A stretch of DNA of 63,562 bases, the filler included, from Stramenopiles sp. TOSAG23-6 (taxonomy: Eukaryota), in the NCBI GenBank assembly GCA_900128565.1. It is 6 parts of 6 records of this genome, joined end to end, with 100 filler letters (N's around TTAATTAATTAA, not from the genome) between each part and the next. Parts side by side here need not be neighbours in the genome. Positions count along the whole stretch, not along the records: positions 53,084 to 63,562 come from LT636309.1; 5 more parts are not named here. One strand, 5' to 3'. This document shows positions 62,884 through 63,562 of the stretch, one piece after another. Numbering within the stretch: the stretch's first letter is position 1; each line of letters begins with the position of its first letter. Made by a program: the position numbers and the translations under genes. The notes under the pieces were generated by a model. That model made no database searches and was not told the DNA's origin. It worked only from the letters and a program-made list of their open reading frames with translations.

Positions 62884-63562
62884 TTGAATAGTGTATCTAT
62901 ATAAAAATCAGTCGTAAAGTTGATGATAATGGCAAAATAATTGAAATCTGATGGAAATACTAAAGCCAAACGCAACGGGTAATTGAAAAAGATTATACTT
63001 CGAAGAAAAAGGAAGAAAAGATACTATCGATCGATCGATCAGATCGATCATTTTTTTTGACCAGAGAAGCAGTTTTGTGACTTTTTTTGTCGTCGTGTCA
63101 CTCAAAATCAAAAATTAGGTCAAGTGTAAAGCGCGCGAAACAAAGAAAACAAAGAAATATCTTTTGTTTTGACGTTGATGCTTTCTTCTTAGACTTGACC
63201 TCTTTTTTGAACACAAATCCATTTATCTTTCTCGTGTAAGATAACTTTCAATTTCATTTACAAGAGGTTCATACTTGAGAAGCATATATATAGGAAAGCT
63301 CGATATAAACAACAAGCAAGCTTTTTTACTGGCGTTTAGCACTTAGTTCACGCTATATCCATGGTTGGGGCTATATCAAATATATCACCTAAGGAATCGA
63401 AGAATCAAGTTGTATGCCTTACGAAAAAAGAAAAGAATATGAATACCCCGAAAACAATAACTACGCGTGCTCCCGTCCGTTCTTTACGACAAAGATCGTC
63501 GTATAAAAAAAAGAATACAAAAAAAAAATTGGAAATATTCCAAATCGTTTTCTTAATAATAA

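Overview
AT-rich, gene-dense eukaryotic DNA from a flagellated protist (IFT52, CFAP44; TTAGGG-type repeats; standard code; lineage not determinable here). The window is six unrelated ~10.5-kb contigs joined by artificial N-TTAATTAATTAA-N linkers. About 35 genes or fragments are recognisable, including ING, YEATS/YAF9, an opine dehydrogenase, MACPF-EGF, WW-ARM-UBA-PH, BRF1, PPR, GPI8, IFT52, renalase-like, Cmk-like, GlyRS, P4H, an FtsH-like AAA, CFAP44 and TOM1-like. The main discovery is a family of about 50 (eye count) related ~90-190-nt introns. Their consensus is GTAYGTTTT..(T-rich)..TTCGTACGAAATTTTGTACCTAAC..GAAATATTTTTCCAAAATAC-NN, and full copies lie in the sense orientation of host genes. 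Restoring conserved protein motifs requires a 3' junction 2 nt after AATAC, usually without AG: mostly GT-AT, also GT-TT, GT-CT, one probable AT-AC and a minority of GT-AG. The final NN usually copies the last two nucleotides of the upstream exon, and the ends form a short inverted repeat (GTAT..ATAC). This suggests an introner-like element spliced by AG-independent 3' splice-site selection. Also present are a 3.25-kb non-autonomous TIR transposon with an 8-bp TSD that rewrites a gene's C-terminus, telomere-like motifs inside exons, and several probable chimeric assembly joins through introns.
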